Shown here in pieces: positions 62,571-64,000 of a stretch of DNA of 64,000 nucleotides. Both the position numbers and the translations under genes were made by a program. Origin of the DNA: Callorhinchus milii (lineage: Eukaryota); contig NW_024704742.1 in the NCBI RefSeq assembly GCF_018977255.1, forward strand, positions 33,978,001-34,042,000, in the 5' to 3' direction. The notes beneath the pieces are model-generated. The model worked only from the letters and a program-made list of their open reading frames with translations. It was not told where the DNA came from and searched no databases. Numbering within the stretch: position 1 is the first letter of the stretch; the number at the start of each line of letters is the position of its first letter.

Positions 62571-62859
62571 CCATGTAGATAAACTGATCAATTTGGGTTC
62601 CTAAAGTCACAATATAATCTCCTGAGGGAGGTGACAGAATACTGATACAGATAGACAATCGAAGATAATAAACCTATGTGTAAAATTTCTGTTCCGCCTC
62701 CATATAATCTTGTGAAAATATTTAAGGGGAAAGAAAGTTTTGTCAGCGGGTGCTCTGTTAAAGTGACTTACACCCTAGCTGTATCACAGAAAGACAACCT
62801 AAAACAATTACACTTAAAACAGAATATTCTCGACAGTTCAGGATCCCTGGGACTCAGCA

Positions 62860-63250
62860 CCTCCTCTTTGCCTAGGTGGCTTTGTAATGTCAGTGTCAGG
62901 AGGAATCATGTGCATCAAACAGTGCTTCCACTTACATTAATGGGGACAGATCAACTGCAGAGCAGCCTGGGAGCTGTCTGGCTGCTCAAAGCAGATTACC
63001 AATTGGGTATTATTGCCGAATACACAGCCTTTTCCATTTATCATCACTCCCAGCTTTCTTTTGCCAAGTCAGTTTTACAGCTGGCGAACTAATTTGCTAA
63101 TATCATTTCCAGGAGGCTCATGCAGACAAAAACAGGGCAGGGTGCACTGTAATGTCTTGGAACATGAAATTAAATAAGGCACCATGATGTTTTCATGGCA
63201 AATGTCAACTGCTTCCTACATAATGGCCCAGAACCACATGATAGCATTAA
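62860..63250. promoter_or_regulatory. Candidate conserved non-coding element
   Basis: No repeat recognised; TGTCAGTGTCAG, CATTAATG, ATCAAACA, ATGAAATTAAAT motifs. Confidence 0.4.
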
Positions 63251-63699
63251 AAAAGACATCTAATGCATAACTTTTTGTGTTCAATGTTATTACAATTATA
63301 TGTTTACTGAATGGATCGATCTTGATGACCTACATTTAAGATTTATACCAGCAGCCCTAATTTGAGATGGGCTGCTTATTTGGGGGTAAGATGAACATTG
63401 TGAACCACAAGCAATGTGTAATGCACCAAACCTTGTTATAGAATAAAAACAAAATAATTTTTTTCGAAGAATCTGAGGATCTGAAATTCCTCTGTGAATG
63501 TCAGTGAAAATTCAGTCTTGTATAAACAGGGCAGAACATTGCCTGATGGTGCTAACAACTTGCTTAGCTCTATTGCACTGAACATGTTGCCATCTTGTTG
63601 AAGGCCAATAAGAAGGAATCTGTGTAAATTCCACAGCAGAGAAGGTACATCAAAAAAGCCAGTGTTTAGTCGTAGGTTAAATTTAGAATGTTTACAATA

Positions 63700-64000
63700 C
63701 AAAGTAGGCCACTCCAAGATAACTTACCCAATCCCATTCCTCTGCTCTTTCCCTATTCTATTTTGCAATATTTTTCCCAATTCACTTTTAAATGCTGTGA
63801 TGGAGTTGGGTTCACTTGTCACTTGTGGTATGGAATGCTATAGCCTTAATAGACTTCTGTGTAACAACATATCTTCTACCCTTCTCCTTTTCTTCTGGTA
63901 ATAATCTTTAATTGAAGTTCCCTTGGTATAGACTCTCTGATCAATGGATATAATCTTTTCCAATTTACGTTATCAAAACTATTTTGCAAATCTCTATTGA
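63700..64000 (-). mobile_element. CR1 LINE 3' end, decayed, runs to window edge
   Basis: CCCAATTCACTTTTAAATGC (reverse AFKSELG) and CTTCTGTGTAAC. Confidence 0.55.

Overview
Eukaryotic, AT-rich, apparently non-coding DNA (gene desert or very large intron) from a vertebrate. The repeats point to a cartilaginous fish, plausibly a chimaera such as Callorhinchus; this is inference from SacSINE1-like Deu-domain SINEs, L2 LINEs with (TTG)n tails and shark-type CR1 3' ends. I found no recognisable cellular protein-coding gene, rRNA, true tRNA or CRISPR array. The only ORFs I can assign are decayed L2/CR1 ORF2 fragments. The window is dominated by (i) an old tRNA-headed Deu-domain SINE, (ii) a younger SINE that appears chimeric (tRNA-Ala(UGC) head, CORE-like segment, the Deu SINE's 3' half, L2-type tail) in long and short variants, (iii) L2 and CR1 fragments, and (iv) a dispersed ~190-bp palindromic MITE-like family plus other hairpins. 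Between these lie several repeat-free blocks rich in TALE/homeodomain motifs that look like conserved non-coding enhancers. The most interesting items are the chimeric SINE, a 31-bp perfect target-site duplication, a three-layer CR1/hAT/SINE nesting, the palindromic family and the candidate enhancers. I see no support for a novel protein-based system. Boundaries of old repeats are approximate.
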